In this document: one piece after another, positions 19,457-29,852 of the stretch
How positions within the stretch are numbered: the first letter of the stretch is position 1
Layout of the letters: each line of letters opens with the position of its first letter
Source of the DNA: an uncultured bacterium
Lineage (GTDB): Bacteria; Patescibacteriota; Patescibacteriia; SG8-24; DYFX01
DNA length: 64,000 nucleotides
NCBI GenBank assembly: GCA_937900255.1
Contig: CALCDZ010000002.1
Location: 73,655 to 137,654, forward strand
Direction of reading: 5' to 3'
The notes under the pieces: model-generated
What the model was told of the DNA's origin: nothing
The model's database searches: none
The model's input: only the letters and a program-made list of their open reading frames with translations
Translations under genes and position numbers: made by a program

Positions 19457-20308
19457 CTATCGGGGGCTTTTGGTCACGTAGGGGATCATGGAGAGGAAGC
19501 TGCCGAGCCGCGTGGACGCTTCTCGGGCGATGCGCATGTTGCTCTCATGCGAGTGCTCCTCGATCGCGGTATTCGTGATGAAGGCCAGCGGCAGGACGCG
19601 CACGTCAGGATAAAGCGCGGCCACGCAAGCTTCTGGCAAGACGCTCATGCCGACGGCCGAGGCGCCGCAGTCGCGCAAGATTTTCTTGTCGTACTTCCGC
19701 CCTTCGAAGTAGGGGCCGCGCACCATGGCATACCCGCCGCCCGGCGCGACGGAGATAGGGAGCTTGCCGGTCCGTGTCATGAGATGTCGGATCGTCCCCT
19801 GGTCGATCACGTCTTCCGGGGAACAGAACTCACCGGCGAAAAGCGGCATGTCGGGGGCGAACAGCGTGATGAAGCCGTCGATCGGCATGATCTGGCCGGG
19901 GAGGACGTCGGAGTTCAGGCTCCCGGCGGCGCACGTCAGGATGAGGTCCTTGACGCCGAACTGGAGTAGCATCTCCACCTGCAATCGCACCATGGCATGC
20001 AGGCTCGCATCCGCTGGACGTTCGTTCAGGTGGACCCTCCCTCGGAGAGCGATGAAATCGCGTTTCCCCAGGCGTCCGCGCACGACCTCGCGGGCGTGTC
20101 CCTTCAGCGTTTCGAGCGCTTCGAATCCGGGAATCCGGGAGAACGGTACGCGTCTATCCTGGTCGTACTCCAACGCGTCTCCCCAACCGGTGCCCAATAT
20201 GAGTCCGACCGGCGGTTTGGAAGAGTTGGCGAAGCCCATCTTGCCCCGTAGGGTTTCTCCGGCGATGCGGGCCGTATCCTCGCTTGCAAGGTGCCTGTGC
20301 GTTTCCAT
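19457..20308 (-). CDS. purine nucleoside phosphorylase family 1 (divergent)
   Basis: ILGTGWG, GH, GRVH..E, TCAAGSL, GPYFE, VGMS..PE, ITN; SD GGAGAGGAG upstream. Confidence 0.85.
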   Translation of the reverse strand: METHRHLASEDTARIAGETLRGKMGFANSSKPPVGLILGTGWGDALEYDQDRRVPFSRIPGFEALETLKGHAREVVRGRLGKRDFIALRGRVHLNERPADASLHAMVRLQVEMLLQFGVKDLILTCAAGSLNSDVLPGQIMPIDGFITLFAPDMPLFAGEFCSPEDVIDQGTIRHLMTRTGKLPISVAPGGGYAMVRGPYFEGRKYDKKILRDCGASAVGMSVLPEACVAALYPDVRVLPLAFITNTAIEEHSHESNMRIAREASTRLGSFLSMIPYVTKSPR

Positions 20309-20438
20309 GGATGATCTCCTCTCCAGGTAAGTGGAGCGTGGTGGAACCCTACACCGGCCATGGTGCACATGGCAAGAGATCGTGCACGGGAGTCATTACG
20401 GCCTGTAAAATCATGAGAAAAGGCGGTATGATGAAGTC

Positions 20439-21068
20439 ATGTGCTTTTCGCCTACAGCCAGTTTCATCGCAGGAGGCGCTCTTGGGATAGCTGGCATACA
20501 TGCCCTGAAACGCGCGAGAAAGCCTTCGGAACGGCCGTTTGCCGCCATTCCGCTGCTCTTCGGCGTGCAGCAGGTCATTGAAGGCTTCGTTTGGCTTACC
20601 TTCGGTCAACCGTTCCCGCACGGCGCGGCGACGTACGCGTACGTGCTGTTCTCCCACGTCCTGTGGCCAGCCTATCTTCCGTCCGCGGTCTGGGCACTTG
20701 AACCCGACCGGCGTCGGAAAAAATGGATCGTCCCGTTCGCCCTCATCGGATGCGTGGTCGGGGCCACGCTTCTGGCCTACGTGGTACGCGGCCCCGTGAC
20801 TTCTTCGGTCATCGGGCACTGCATCGCTTATGAAGTGCCGTTGCCGAGCGTGCCGGCCGGTTTGTGGGCGTACGTGCTGGCGACGGTCGGCACATGCTTC
20901 GTCTCTTCGCGCACGTTCGTGCGCGCCTTCGGGATCGCGCTGCTCGGCGCGCTCTGCGCCGCATATTGGTCCTATCGCGAGGCATTCTACTCCGTCTGGT
21001 GCTTCTTCGCCGCCGCCTTGAGCTTCATCGTCATCGTCCAGCTGCGCCAGGAATCCAAGCTCCCATGA
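20439..21068 (+). CDS. membrane protein (DUF6629-like)
   Basis: MCFSPTASF, IPLLFGVQQ.IEG.VW, SVWCFFAA. Confidence 0.8.
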   Translation: MCFSPTASFIAGGALGIAGIHALKRARKPSERPFAAIPLLFGVQQVIEGFVWLTFGQPFPHGAATYAYVLFSHVLWPAYLPSAVWALEPDRRRKKWIVPFALIGCVVGATLLAYVVRGPVTSSVIGHCIAYEVPLPSVPAGLWAYVLATVGTCFVSSRTFVRAFGIALLGALCAAYWSYREAFYSVWCFFAAALSFIVIVQLRQESKLP

Positions 21069-22696
21069 CCCTCAGACAGGAACTGTCCGCCATCCTCAAG
21101 GGCGAGATCGCGGATGACGAAGTCGCGCGGACGGCATACGCCCATGATGCCAGCCTTTTCGAAATCGCTCCCGAACTCATCGTCGCGCCGAAAGATGTCG
21201 AGGATGTGGAACGCCTCGTCGGTTTCGCGGCTGCACGGCATGGGCGCGGCATTTCGCTGACGGCCCGTTCGGCGGGTACCGACATGAGTGGTGGAGCGGT
21301 CGGGGAGTCCGTGATCGTCGACTTTTCCAAGCATCTCGTGCGTCTGAAGGAGATTGGGGAAGGGTACGCCATCGTCGAGCCTGGGATGCCGTATCGCGAT
21401 TTCGAAAAGGAGACGCTGAAGACCGGCCAACTGTTGCCGTCCTATCCGGCCTCGCGCGAGTTGTGCACGGTCGGCGGCATGGCCGCGAACAACTCGGGAG
21501 GTGAGAAATCCCTGCGTTACGGCAAGACCGCCGTATTCGTGGAAGGACTCAAGGTCGTCTTCGCCGACGGTGAGGAGCATGTCGTCGCGCCGATGGACCG
21601 CGCTGCTCTCGATCGCAAGATGGCGCAAGACGATTTTGAAGGTCGTCTCTATCGGGAGACGTATCAGTTGATCGAGGCGCATACCGAAACGATCCGTGCC
21701 GCCAAGCCTGATGTTTCGAAGAATTCCGCCGGTTACGCCCTGTGGGACGTCTGGGACGGTACGACCTTCGATTTCACGAAACTCTTGGTCGGCTCGCAGG
21801 GCACTCTCGGGCTGATCACCGAAATCCGCTATCGCCTCATCCGTCCAGAGACGCATTCGAAACTGCTCGTGATCTTCCTGCGCGGCATGGATCGGCTGCC
21901 GGAAATCATCAATGCCGTCCTCGCGCACGGGCCGGAGAGTTTCGAGTCGTACGATGACCACACCCTGAGGTTCGCCATCCGTTACTTCCCTGATATCCTG
22001 CGGCAGATGAAGGGTCAGAACCTCGTTTCGTTCGCTTGGCAGTTCCTGCCGGAGGCCGGGATGCTGCTCACGGGCGGGTTTCCCAAGCAGGTCCTGCTGG
22101 CAGAATTCACCGGCGGGACGGAAGAAGAGGTCGACGCCAAGATCCGCTCCGCCATGGAAACGCTCGCTCCGCTCAGGCTCAACATGCGCGCCACCAGGAC
22201 AGAGCGGGAAGCGCGTAAATATTGGGTCGTGCGGCGCGAAAGCTTCAATCTCCTGCGGCGGCATTTCAAGAAGCTGCGGACGGCGCCGTTCATCGACGAT
22301 TTTTGCGTGAAACCGGCGCACCTGCCCAAGTTCCTTCCGGAACTGTACGCGATCCTCGATCGCTACAAGCTGCTCCTGACGGTCGTCGGTCACATGGGCG
22401 ACGCCAACTTCCACATCATCCCGATCATGGACCTGGGGGATCCAAGGATACCGGAAGTCATCCGCTCGCTCTCGAAAGAGGTGTATGATCTGGTCTTCCG
22501 ATACGGCGGTTCGATGACCGGAGAACACAACGATGGGATGATCCGCGGGCCGTACCTGAGGGCGATGTACGGAGATGAGATGTATGCCCTCTTCGAGCGC
22601 GTCAAGCGCATCTTCGATCCGGACGGCATCTTCAATCCTCACGTGAAGATCGGTGCCACGGAGGAATACGCCATGGCCCATCTCAAGAGATCCTGA
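21065..22696 (+). CDS. FAD-binding oxidoreductase (GlcD/D-lactate dehydrogenase-like)
   Basis: RSAGTDMSG, TVGGMAANN, GSQGTLG, GHMGDANFH, TGEHNDG, FDPDGIFNP. Confidence 0.9.
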   Translation: MTLRQELSAILKGEIADDEVARTAYAHDASLFEIAPELIVAPKDVEDVERLVGFAAARHGRGISLTARSAGTDMSGGAVGESVIVDFSKHLVRLKEIGEGYAIVEPGMPYRDFEKETLKTGQLLPSYPASRELCTVGGMAANNSGGEKSLRYGKTAVFVEGLKVVFADGEEHVVAPMDRAALDRKMAQDDFEGRLYRETYQLIEAHTETIRAAKPDVSKNSAGYALWDVWDGTTFDFTKLLVGSQGTLGLITEIRYRLIRPETHSKLLVIFLRGMDRLPEIINAVLAHGPESFESYDDHTLRFAIRYFPDILRQMKGQNLVSFAWQFLPEAGMLLTGGFPKQVLLAEFTGGTEEEVDAKIRSAMETLAPLRLNMRATRTEREARKYWVVRRESFNLLRRHFKKLRTAPFIDDFCVKPAHLPKFLPELYAILDRYKLLLTVVGHMGDANFHIIPIMDLGDPRIPEVIRSLSKEVYDLVFRYGGSMTGEHNDGMIRGPYLRAMYGDEMYALFERVKRIFDPDGIFNPHVKIGATEEYAMAHLKRS

Positions 22697-22700
22697 CGCG

Positions 22701-23249
22701 TCATCGCCTCATCAGCGCGGCGAATCTCTCCTTGGCTTTCTTGACCTTCGGCGTGATCACGTAGGCGCAGTAGGGCTTGTCGGCATTGTTGTTGAAGTAA
22801 TCCCGGTGGTAGCTTTCGGCTTCGTAAAATCGGACAAGCGGCTTGATCTCGGTCACGATCGGAGTGCCGCCCGGTGAAGCCTTCTCCAGTTCGTGGATGT
22901 ACCGTTCGGCCGCGGTCTTCTGCGCCTCCGTCGAATAGAGCACGATGGAACGGTATTGCGTTCCGATATCGTTTCCTTGCCGGTTCGGCGTTGTCGGGTC
23001 GTGAGTGGCGAAGAAGACCGTCAGAAGATCGTCATAGGAGATCTTCGCTGGATCGTAGTCGATACGGATGACTTCGGCATGGCCGGTGTTTCCGCTGCAG
23101 ACCTCTTCATATGTCGGATCCGTTTTCAAGCCGCCGGCATAGCCGGGAAGCACGGAAATGACGCCTCTCATCATCCTGAAGACGGCTTCCGTGCACCAGA
23201 AACAACCTCCTCCAAAGACGGCAGTCTCGATCGCATCGGGTGTCTCCAT
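22701..23249 (-). CDS. msrA: peptide-methionine (S)-S-oxide reductase
   Basis: GGGCFWC, TGHAE, HDPT..NRQGND.GTQYRS, AESYH. Confidence 0.96.
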   Translation of the reverse strand: METPDAIETAVFGGGCFWCTEAVFRMMRGVISVLPGYAGGLKTDPTYEEVCSGNTGHAEVIRIDYDPAKISYDDLLTVFFATHDPTTPNRQGNDIGTQYRSIVLYSTEAQKTAAERYIHELEKASPGGTPIVTEIKPLVRFYEAESYHRDYFNNNADKPYCAYVITPKVKKAKERFAALMRR

Positions 23250-23257
23250 GGGTACGG

Positions 23258-23761
23258 CTAACGGACTTGAGTGATGCGGTAGCTGACGTCTTTCCCGTTG
23301 ACCGTCACGGCGATGGTCTCGCCGGCACGCTTGCCGATGAGCGCGGCCCCGAGGGGGGAGTGGTACGAGATGGAACCGGCAGCCGGATTCGCCTCTTGCG
23401 CCCCGACGATGTCATAGACGCGTTCCTTGCCGTTCACTGAAAGCGTCACGGTCGCGCCCAAACGGACGGTACCGCCGGGGCCGGCGCCGTGCCGGATCGG
23501 TATCGCGTTTTTCAGCCGTTCCTTGATTTCCAGGATACGATAGTCGAGGCCGGTGAGTTTTCCTTTGGCGGCCGAGTAAGCGAAATTTTCAGAGAGGTCT
23601 CCCATCTCCCTCGTGCGCCGGAGCTCTTCGACGGCTTTCGGACGGACACGCGTCTCGAGCCGTTCCAGCTCTTCCTGCAGCTTTCGGATGGCATCATGCG
23701 TGAGGTGATCATCGGCTGGATCGGAGGCGTACCTGCCGGGCTTGCGTTTGGGAATCTGCAT
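23258..23761 (-). CDS. greA: transcription elongation factor GreA/GreB family
   Basis: GDLSENFAY, IS..SPLGAALIGK. Confidence 0.88.
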   Translation of the reverse strand: MQIPKRKPGRYASDPADDHLTHDAIRKLQEELERLETRVRPKAVEELRRTREMGDLSENFAYSAAKGKLTGLDYRILEIKERLKNAIPIRHGAGPGGTVRLGATVTLSVNGKERVYDIVGAQEANPAAGSISYHSPLGAALIGKRAGETIAVTVNGKDVSYRITQVR

Positions 23762-23789
23762 ATCTCAGGGTATGATAGCCTTGAAACCT

Positions 23790-25043
23790 ATGGAACGCCA
23801 GCGGATCGTCATCATCGGGGCCGGCTTCGGGGGCATGTACGTCGCCGGGCGCCTTTTGGCGTCGCTCAAGAAGGGTGAAATCGAGTTGACGCTGATCAAT
23901 CGGGCCAATTATTTCCTGTTCACCCCGCTTTTGCACGAGGTGGCGACCGGCGGGCTCAGCCCGACCAGCGTGACGGAGCCCCTCAGGGAAATTTTTGCGG
24001 GGTCCAGCGTGCGCATCCGCCAGGGCGAGGTTGAAGCGGTCGATGCCGTCAAGCGGCTGATATCCATCGCTCGTGACCCGGAACCTTTCCCGTACGACTA
24101 TGCCATCGTCGCCACGGGCGCCGTCACCAATTATTACGGCGTGACGGGGGCGGAAGAGCACGGGCTCCCTCTCAAGAGCCTCGGGGATGCCGTGCGCATC
24201 CGAGGGGCAGTGATCGAAGCGTTCGAACGCGCAGCCATGATCGAAGACCCGGCATCCCGTGCGCGGCAGCTCTCGTTCGTCGTCGTCGGCGGCGGCGCGA
24301 CCGGCGTGGAGGTCGCGGCGGAGTTACTGGAGTTCGCTTCCGGCATGGAGCGGAGATACCATCGAACACGGCGGCGCGAAGAGGGAGTTTCCGTCACGCT
24401 CCTGACGGCAGGTTCGGAGCTTTTGGCGCAATTCCATCCGGAGTTGCGCAGGGCGGCGGAGAATCGGCTGAAGCGTCTCGGCGTTCGCGTGCGCCTGAAC
24501 GCCGCCGTGGCCCGGGTTGAGGCCGATCGAGTCGTTTTTTCGGATGATTCCTGGACCCCCTCGTCCGTGGTCGTCTGGGCAGCGGGCGTGAGGCCGGAAC
24601 TTCCGCGCTTCATCGGCGGAGCTCCCGCTGCTCTTCAAGGGCGTCTACGCGTGGATCGGTTCCTGCGATCCGTCGATGACCCTCGTCTCTTCGCTTTGGG
24701 CGATGCGGCCTCCGTTGAAGGATCTCAAGGCGATTCGCCATTGCCGATGCTGGCCCAGGTCGCCGTGGCGCAAGCTAAGACGGTCGCTTCCAATGTCCTG
24801 GCTGAAGTGCGCGGCAGTGATATGTCTGAATTCCGGTACCGTTCGAAGGGGGGGCTCGTTTCCTTGGGTCAATGGTTCGCCGTCGGAGAGATCCTGAACG
24901 CCCGCATGAGCGGGCGCATGGCATGGTGGGTCTGGCGCACCATCTATCTCTTCAAATTCATATCCTGGAAGAAACGGCTCAGGATCGCGTTCGAATGGAC
25001 CATCAACATCTTCTCGGCGCGTGACATCACCGAACTGGATTGA
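23790..25043 (+). CDS. ndh: type II NADH dehydrogenase family FAD-dependent oxidoreductase
   Basis: GAGFGG, FTPLLHEVATG, GGGATGVE, WAAGV, GD, AQVA. Confidence 0.9.
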   Translation: MERQRIVIIGAGFGGMYVAGRLLASLKKGEIELTLINRANYFLFTPLLHEVATGGLSPTSVTEPLREIFAGSSVRIRQGEVEAVDAVKRLISIARDPEPFPYDYAIVATGAVTNYYGVTGAEEHGLPLKSLGDAVRIRGAVIEAFERAAMIEDPASRARQLSFVVVGGGATGVEVAAELLEFASGMERRYHRTRRREEGVSVTLLTAGSELLAQFHPELRRAAENRLKRLGVRVRLNAAVARVEADRVVFSDDSWTPSSVVVWAAGVRPELPRFIGGAPAALQGRLRVDRFLRSVDDPRLFALGDAASVEGSQGDSPLPMLAQVAVAQAKTVASNVLAEVRGSDMSEFRYRSKGGLVSLGQWFAVGEILNARMSGRMAWWVWRTIYLFKFISWKKRLRIAFEWTINIFSARDITELD

Positions 25044-25077
25044 AAAAGACGCCCGTGCGGGCGTCTTCGGTTCGCGT

Positions 25078-25584
25078 TCACTTGACCAGCAGCTTGTAGA
25101 TGAAACTGACGGTCGGATCGATGTCGGAACCGTAGGCCAACGCTCCGCCAAGCGCTCCAGTCACCGTCACGATGCAGAGGCCGAACAGGGCCAACACCGG
25201 GGTGAGCGCGGTCTCCGTCGCATAGCGGTGCAGGTCAAGGACCTTTCTCAGCCGTTCAGGCATGCCTGTCCATTCGCGACAAAGCCATGCGGCCGCATGA
25301 ATGGCGGCGAGCGCGCCGAAGAACAGGACGGTCGCGAGCGCCCAGCGTGAATGCACGGTCATCGCGCGGTAGAATTCGGTGTGCACGGGTGCTGAACCCT
25401 CCTGGGCGTCCCCGGTCAGATAGGCCGGAACGGCTCCGAAGACGCCCCCGAGCAGGAACGTGGCCTTGACATAGAAGATATAGGCGCGTTCGCGGACGCG
25501 CTTGATGATGGAAGCCGTTTCGAGCAGGGTGTAGATTGTCAGCAGAGCGATGGGAAAGTGGACGAAGATGGGGTGGAGATTCAT
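25078..25584 (-). CDS. DUF2231 membrane protein
   Basis: LHPIFVHFPIALL, TG, H, TGALGGALAY. Confidence 0.85.
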   Translation of the reverse strand: MNLHPIFVHFPIALLTIYTLLETASIIKRVRERAYIFYVKATFLLGGVFGAVPAYLTGDAQEGSAPVHTEFYRAMTVHSRWALATVLFFGALAAIHAAAWLCREWTGMPERLRKVLDLHRYATETALTPVLALFGLCIVTVTGALGGALAYGSDIDPTVSFIYKLLVK

Positions 25585-25675
25585 ATGGATGACAGGGGGT
25601 TCCCTCAATACTAGCGCAACCGCGACGGTTCCGTAAGAGTTCACATTGGGCGGCATCTGGGCTACAGTGGCATCT

Positions 25676-26896
25676 ATGAAAGCCCGGACTGCGGCCATCA
25701 TCGCCGTGCCTGTCCTGATCGCGGCCGTCGCCGGCTCGCTGGTCCTTTTTTGGCGAGTCAACCGCGTTCGGATGAAGGGCGCTCAAGGGACGACGGCAGC
25801 CGTCATATCGGCACCTGTGCCGACCCCGGATCGCACGGAGGACGTCACGGTCACTCCGAACGCCACGTTCGGCGAGTTGCTGTCGGGTGCCGGAGTCTCA
25901 GGCGCGGACGCGTCGGGTATCTATGCGGCTGCCAAAAGCGTCTATGACCTGGCGAACATCCGTGCCGGAAAGGTGATCGTCCTGCGGTATGCGCCCGATA
26001 CTGGCGCACTGAAGGAGTTGGTCTATCCCTTGAACGGAGACGAGGAATTGCATGTCAGGAGGGAGGGTGGCGCCTGGACGGCCGCCAAGGAGACGATCGC
26101 CTACGACGTGAAGGTCAAGACGGCTAAAGGTACGGTCACGAGCTCCCTGTATGCAGCCGGATTGTCCCAAGGGCTCGATGAACGCGTCATCGTGGGCTTT
26201 GCCGACGTCTTCCAGTGGACCGTCGATTTCTCACAAGACGTCCGTGCAGGCGATACGTTCTCGGTCGTCTATGAGGAGCGGTATCGTGACGGGAAATACG
26301 TGATGCCGGGGGCTATCCTCGCGGCAGAATACGTGAATGGCGGAGACGCACACCGCGCGTACCATTTCAAGGATGCGTCCGGCGCTGAAGGGTATTACGA
26401 TGCAAAGGGCGCCTCGTTGCGCAGGATGTTCCTGAAGGCTCCGGTGGCGTTCAAGTACATCACCTCCGGATTCACGACCGGCGCGCGGTACGTCTCGGCG
26501 TTCCATCAGTTCAACAAGAGTCATATGGCCATCGATTACGCGGCGGCGATCGGGACGCCCATACGCGCGACGGCCGACGGAACGGTCGCTTTCGCCGGCT
26601 GGGGCGGACCGTACGGCAACAAGATCACCATCCGTCATAACGGGACCTACAGCACCAACTACTGCCACCAATCCAGGTTCGCCGTGAAGAAAGGGCAGCA
26701 TGTCGTCCAAGGGCAGTTGATCGGATACGTCGGGACGACCGGTTATTCGACCGGGCCGCACCTGCACTACGAGATGGTCAAGAACGGCGTGAAGATCAAT
26801 CCGTTGAAGGAGGTCTTTCCTGGCACCGACCCGGTCAAGGAAACGGAGATGCCGACGTTCCAGCAGACGATGGATCGCTGGGCGTCACAGCTTTGA
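25676..26896 (+). CDS. M23 family peptidoglycan endopeptidase (MepM-like)
   Basis: N-terminal anchor; HMAIDY, YCH, STGPHLHY; promoter TTCACA-17-TACAGT. Confidence 0.92.
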   Translation: MKARTAAIIAVPVLIAAVAGSLVLFWRVNRVRMKGAQGTTAAVISAPVPTPDRTEDVTVTPNATFGELLSGAGVSGADASGIYAAAKSVYDLANIRAGKVIVLRYAPDTGALKELVYPLNGDEELHVRREGGAWTAAKETIAYDVKVKTAKGTVTSSLYAAGLSQGLDERVIVGFADVFQWTVDFSQDVRAGDTFSVVYEERYRDGKYVMPGAILAAEYVNGGDAHRAYHFKDASGAEGYYDAKGASLRRMFLKAPVAFKYITSGFTTGARYVSAFHQFNKSHMAIDYAAAIGTPIRATADGTVAFAGWGGPYGNKITIRHNGTYSTNYCHQSRFAVKKGQHVVQGQLIGYVGTTGYSTGPHLHYEMVKNGVKINPLKEVFPGTDPVKETEMPTFQQTMDRWASQL

Positions 26897-26911
26897 ATTT
26901 TTACCGCACTC

Positions 26912-28243
26912 ATGCGCCGCGCAACCATCTTCGCCGCCGTCATCGGTATCCTGATCCTTGCGGTCAGTGTCTTCTTCGCGCTCTACCGGCCGGAAACGTC
27001 CTTGACGAATCGAAGGGCGATATCGGTCGGCCATCTTCCGTCCATCGAAGATCTACGCGGGAACCTGCCGTCATCGCCGCTTCCGGAAACATCAGCGACG
27101 TCCGTGCCGTCGTCGTCTCATGACGAGGTGGCGAACGCCCCGTCCATCGGGTACCTGCCGCCTCCGAACCGGAACCTTTCCGGCAGCGTGCTCGGGCGGC
27201 AACGGGTGCCTTTGCCGGACGCGATTTCGGATATCCATCAGATTTATTATCACACGCCCACCCTGACGCTTTTCATGTCCGTGACCGAACCGGACGGTCG
27301 GAGGTCGGTCTGGAAGCTGCCTGAAGACGGTAAAGCCGAACGCGTCCTCTCGGCTGGAGACGGAGTGGGCGAGGTTTCCGTCTTCGGGGATTCGAAGGGG
27401 GTCATGTATCTCCAGTACGACCACCCGGCCCGCCTCTACCGTTCGGCTGACGGCCTCAAGACCTGGAACCTGGTCCTCAAGGACTACGGCAGCTTCTGGA
27501 ACATCGCCGATGATGGCGCGGGCAACGTCTATGCGGGCACGCATGATTGGAACCGCGCCGTGCTGTATCGCAGCACGGACGATGGACTCGATTGGGAACC
27601 GTTCGTGGATTTCCAGCAGCTGCTTCCTCAATTCGCCAAGACGTATCGCGAAGGAGATGACCGGTATTTCCTGCGACACTTGCACGGAGTGATTTATGAT
27701 ACGCATGAGCACCAGCTGATCGTGGGAACAGGGGATGTGGCACGATTCGCCCTCATGTCGCCGGATGACGGTCGTACCTGGCGGAAGATCTGGGACGAAG
27801 GTTTCACCGCCGCCGTGCCGATGTCCGGAGGATTCCGTTGGCTGCTCGGACCCGATCAGTTGCATGGCCACGGCCTCGCGGTCTATGACGCCGCGACCGG
27901 CGCCGCGCGCGAAGTCTGGAACCCGATCCCGTACGGTTACGCCGGTTACGTCTACAGCCTTTTGGACGTGAACGGCATCTACTACGCGGCCATCCACACC
28001 GAGGCCAACGAGGTCGGGGAGGTCGTGCCGAAGTTCGGCATCATCGCGAGTCCCGACGGCGAAACATGGTACCCCTTCCTGGAATACGGACCGCTCACAA
28101 ATCACGCGAGGACCGACATCTGGCTGGCACAGGCGCCCACGTACGTCTACGCCAGCATCAACGGCGTTCTTTACGCTTTCCGACCGCTCGACCAGGAGTG
28201 GTTCCAAGACAAGACGCCGTTCGCTCCGCCTCCGCGCTCGTAA
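26912..28243 (+). CDS. exported beta-propeller protein with BNR/Asp-box repeats
   Basis: Signal anchor; SADGLKTW, STDDGLDW, SPDDGRTW, SPDGETW Asp-boxes; RHLH. Confidence 0.75.
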   Translation: MRRATIFAAVIGILILAVSVFFALYRPETSLTNRRAISVGHLPSIEDLRGNLPSSPLPETSATSVPSSSHDEVANAPSIGYLPPPNRNLSGSVLGRQRVPLPDAISDIHQIYYHTPTLTLFMSVTEPDGRRSVWKLPEDGKAERVLSAGDGVGEVSVFGDSKGVMYLQYDHPARLYRSADGLKTWNLVLKDYGSFWNIADDGAGNVYAGTHDWNRAVLYRSTDDGLDWEPFVDFQQLLPQFAKTYREGDDRYFLRHLHGVIYDTHEHQLIVGTGDVARFALMSPDDGRTWRKIWDEGFTAAVPMSGGFRWLLGPDQLHGHGLAVYDAATGAAREVWNPIPYGYAGYVYSLLDVNGIYYAAIHTEANEVGEVVPKFGIIASPDGETWYPFLEYGPLTNHARTDIWLAQAPTYVYASINGVLYAFRPLDQEWFQDKTPFAPPPRS

Positions 28244-28247
28244 TCGT

Positions 28248-29060
28248 ATGCGTATCGCGACCTATAATCTCTGGAACTCAGCTGATGATTGGGAGAGGCG
28301 CCTTGACGCCATCGTAGATGAGCTGAGGACGCTTAGGGCTGACTTCGTCGCCCTGCAGGAAGTGCCGGTCGAAGCTTCGCCTGGTCAGGCGTTCGCGGCG
28401 TACCTGAAGAAAGAAACGGGCTATTTCCTGGCGCAGTATGCGCCTTATGACATGGTGCCGGATCCAGGCGAGCGGCCAGAGGGGCTTGCCATCCTGAGTC
28501 GTTTTGCTGTCAGCGGCGTCCAGACCAATTGGATGGACGGAATCTCGACTGATAACAGCTATGCCATGCGCGTCCAAGCCGGGGTTTCCGGCGCGAGCTT
28601 GGGCATCACGAACGTTCATCTGGATTGGAAGGACGAAAACCATCGCGCCAAGGCGGTCGTCGACATCGTCGGTCGTCTCGTCGGACCGCTTCCGGCAGAC
28701 GTCGAAATCCTGTGCGGCGATTTCAACGAACATGACGACGGTCCGGTCGCGGCCTATCTCGATGGGCAGCGCGAGGGCCGTTCCCGGGTCATGAGAACTG
28801 GGCATCATTGGGTCGATGCCGTCGCGAGCGCATGCGGCATGGGCATGGCTCCTGCGACGCTCGATTTCGCCGCGCACCCGCGCTGGCAGGGCGCCGAAAG
28901 GCTCGGACGCCCAGTCCGGTTCGATCGAGTGTATTTGCGGGCCATTGACCGCCCGATGCCTAGGGTCATGAAGTCGGGCTTATTCGGGTGCGATCGGCTC
29001 AATCGTTTCGGAATCATCCCAAGCGATCATTACGGCGTATTCGTCGATTTGGATCTTTGA
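28248..29060 (+). CDS. endonuclease/exonuclease/phosphatase family protein
   Basis: TYN, ALQEV, NVHL, GDFN, DRV, SDHY. Confidence 0.9.
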   Translation: MRIATYNLWNSADDWERRLDAIVDELRTLRADFVALQEVPVEASPGQAFAAYLKKETGYFLAQYAPYDMVPDPGERPEGLAILSRFAVSGVQTNWMDGISTDNSYAMRVQAGVSGASLGITNVHLDWKDENHRAKAVVDIVGRLVGPLPADVEILCGDFNEHDDGPVAAYLDGQREGRSRVMRTGHHWVDAVASACGMGMAPATLDFAAHPRWQGAERLGRPVRFDRVYLRAIDRPMPRVMKSGLFGCDRLNRFGIIPSDHYGVFVDLDL

Positions 29061-29099
29061 GATCCAGTTCCTCCTGACACCCCATTAAAAAAAGACGTC

Positions 29100-29771
29100 T
29101 TACGACGTCTTGTACGCGAGGATCCTCGAGATCTCCTCGTACGCGCTGGCTTGGTCTTCGGGCGCCAGGTCGAAGATGCTTCCGAGAAGCCCGTGCCAAT
29201 CGATGCTCGGCCGATCCGGGCGGCTGCTCGGTTCGAAGATGACGGGAGCCGGGGATGCGTCCGGCGGCGAAGAGATCAGGATGTCCAGGTTTCCGAGACC
29301 CAGCTCCTTCTTCACGCCATTGGCGACGGAAAGCGCTCTCGGGGCGTGGAAGCCGCTCGTGACCAGGATCACGCGCGTGAGGCCCTGCTCGACGCACCAG
29401 GGTAGGTTCCCTGCGAGCTCTTCGCGGGTGGTCTGCGAGGTCTCGTCGAGTCGAGCCACGTCCATCAGCCATCTACGAAAGTTGTCTGAGGAGATGCCAA
29501 TGACGGCGGAGATCTTCTCCGCTTCTTGAAGGACGGCCTGGTAGGTGTAGGCCGCCTCCGAGAGGCCGTTCTTCCGGCTGGCCCCGGTCGAGAACAGCAC
29601 GACATCGGCCTGCTCCCGGAAGGCGAGACCGACGCCATAGGTGGCGCGGCCGTTCAGGCTGCCGGGCCCGATCCGTCCGATGACGAGATCATGCCAGCTC
29701 AGGGTCGTGCCGTCCGGCATCTGAAGCGAAGAGTCGACATGGCAACCGAGAATCAGTACGGCGGTCGTCAT
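29100..29771 (-). CDS. YdcF/DUF218 (ElyC/SanA-like) family protein, divergent
   Basis: VLILG, STG..SEA, SQTTREE, LVTSGFHAPRA; own promoter TTGACG-17-TACCCT and SD AAAGGA. Confidence 0.75.
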   Translation of the reverse strand: MTTAVLILGCHVDSSLQMPDGTTLSWHDLVIGRIGPGSLNGRATYGVGLAFREQADVVLFSTGASRKNGLSEAAYTYQAVLQEAEKISAVIGISSDNFRRWLMDVARLDETSQTTREELAGNLPWCVEQGLTRVILVTSGFHAPRALSVANGVKKELGLGNLDILISSPPDASPAPVIFEPSSRPDRPSIDWHGLLGSIFDLAPEDQASAYEEISRILAYKTS

Positions 29772-29852
29772 GATCTGTCCTTTCTGCGGGTTGTTTGGCA
29801 AGGAACGGGCGAACGGATGAGGGTACTCTTTTTCCGGCTTTCCGTCAAGCGT

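Noticed and set aside
29802-29814. GAAC-N4-GAAC upstream of the DUF218 gene as a LexA box
   Set aside because: Spacing does not match the N7 repeat at lexA.
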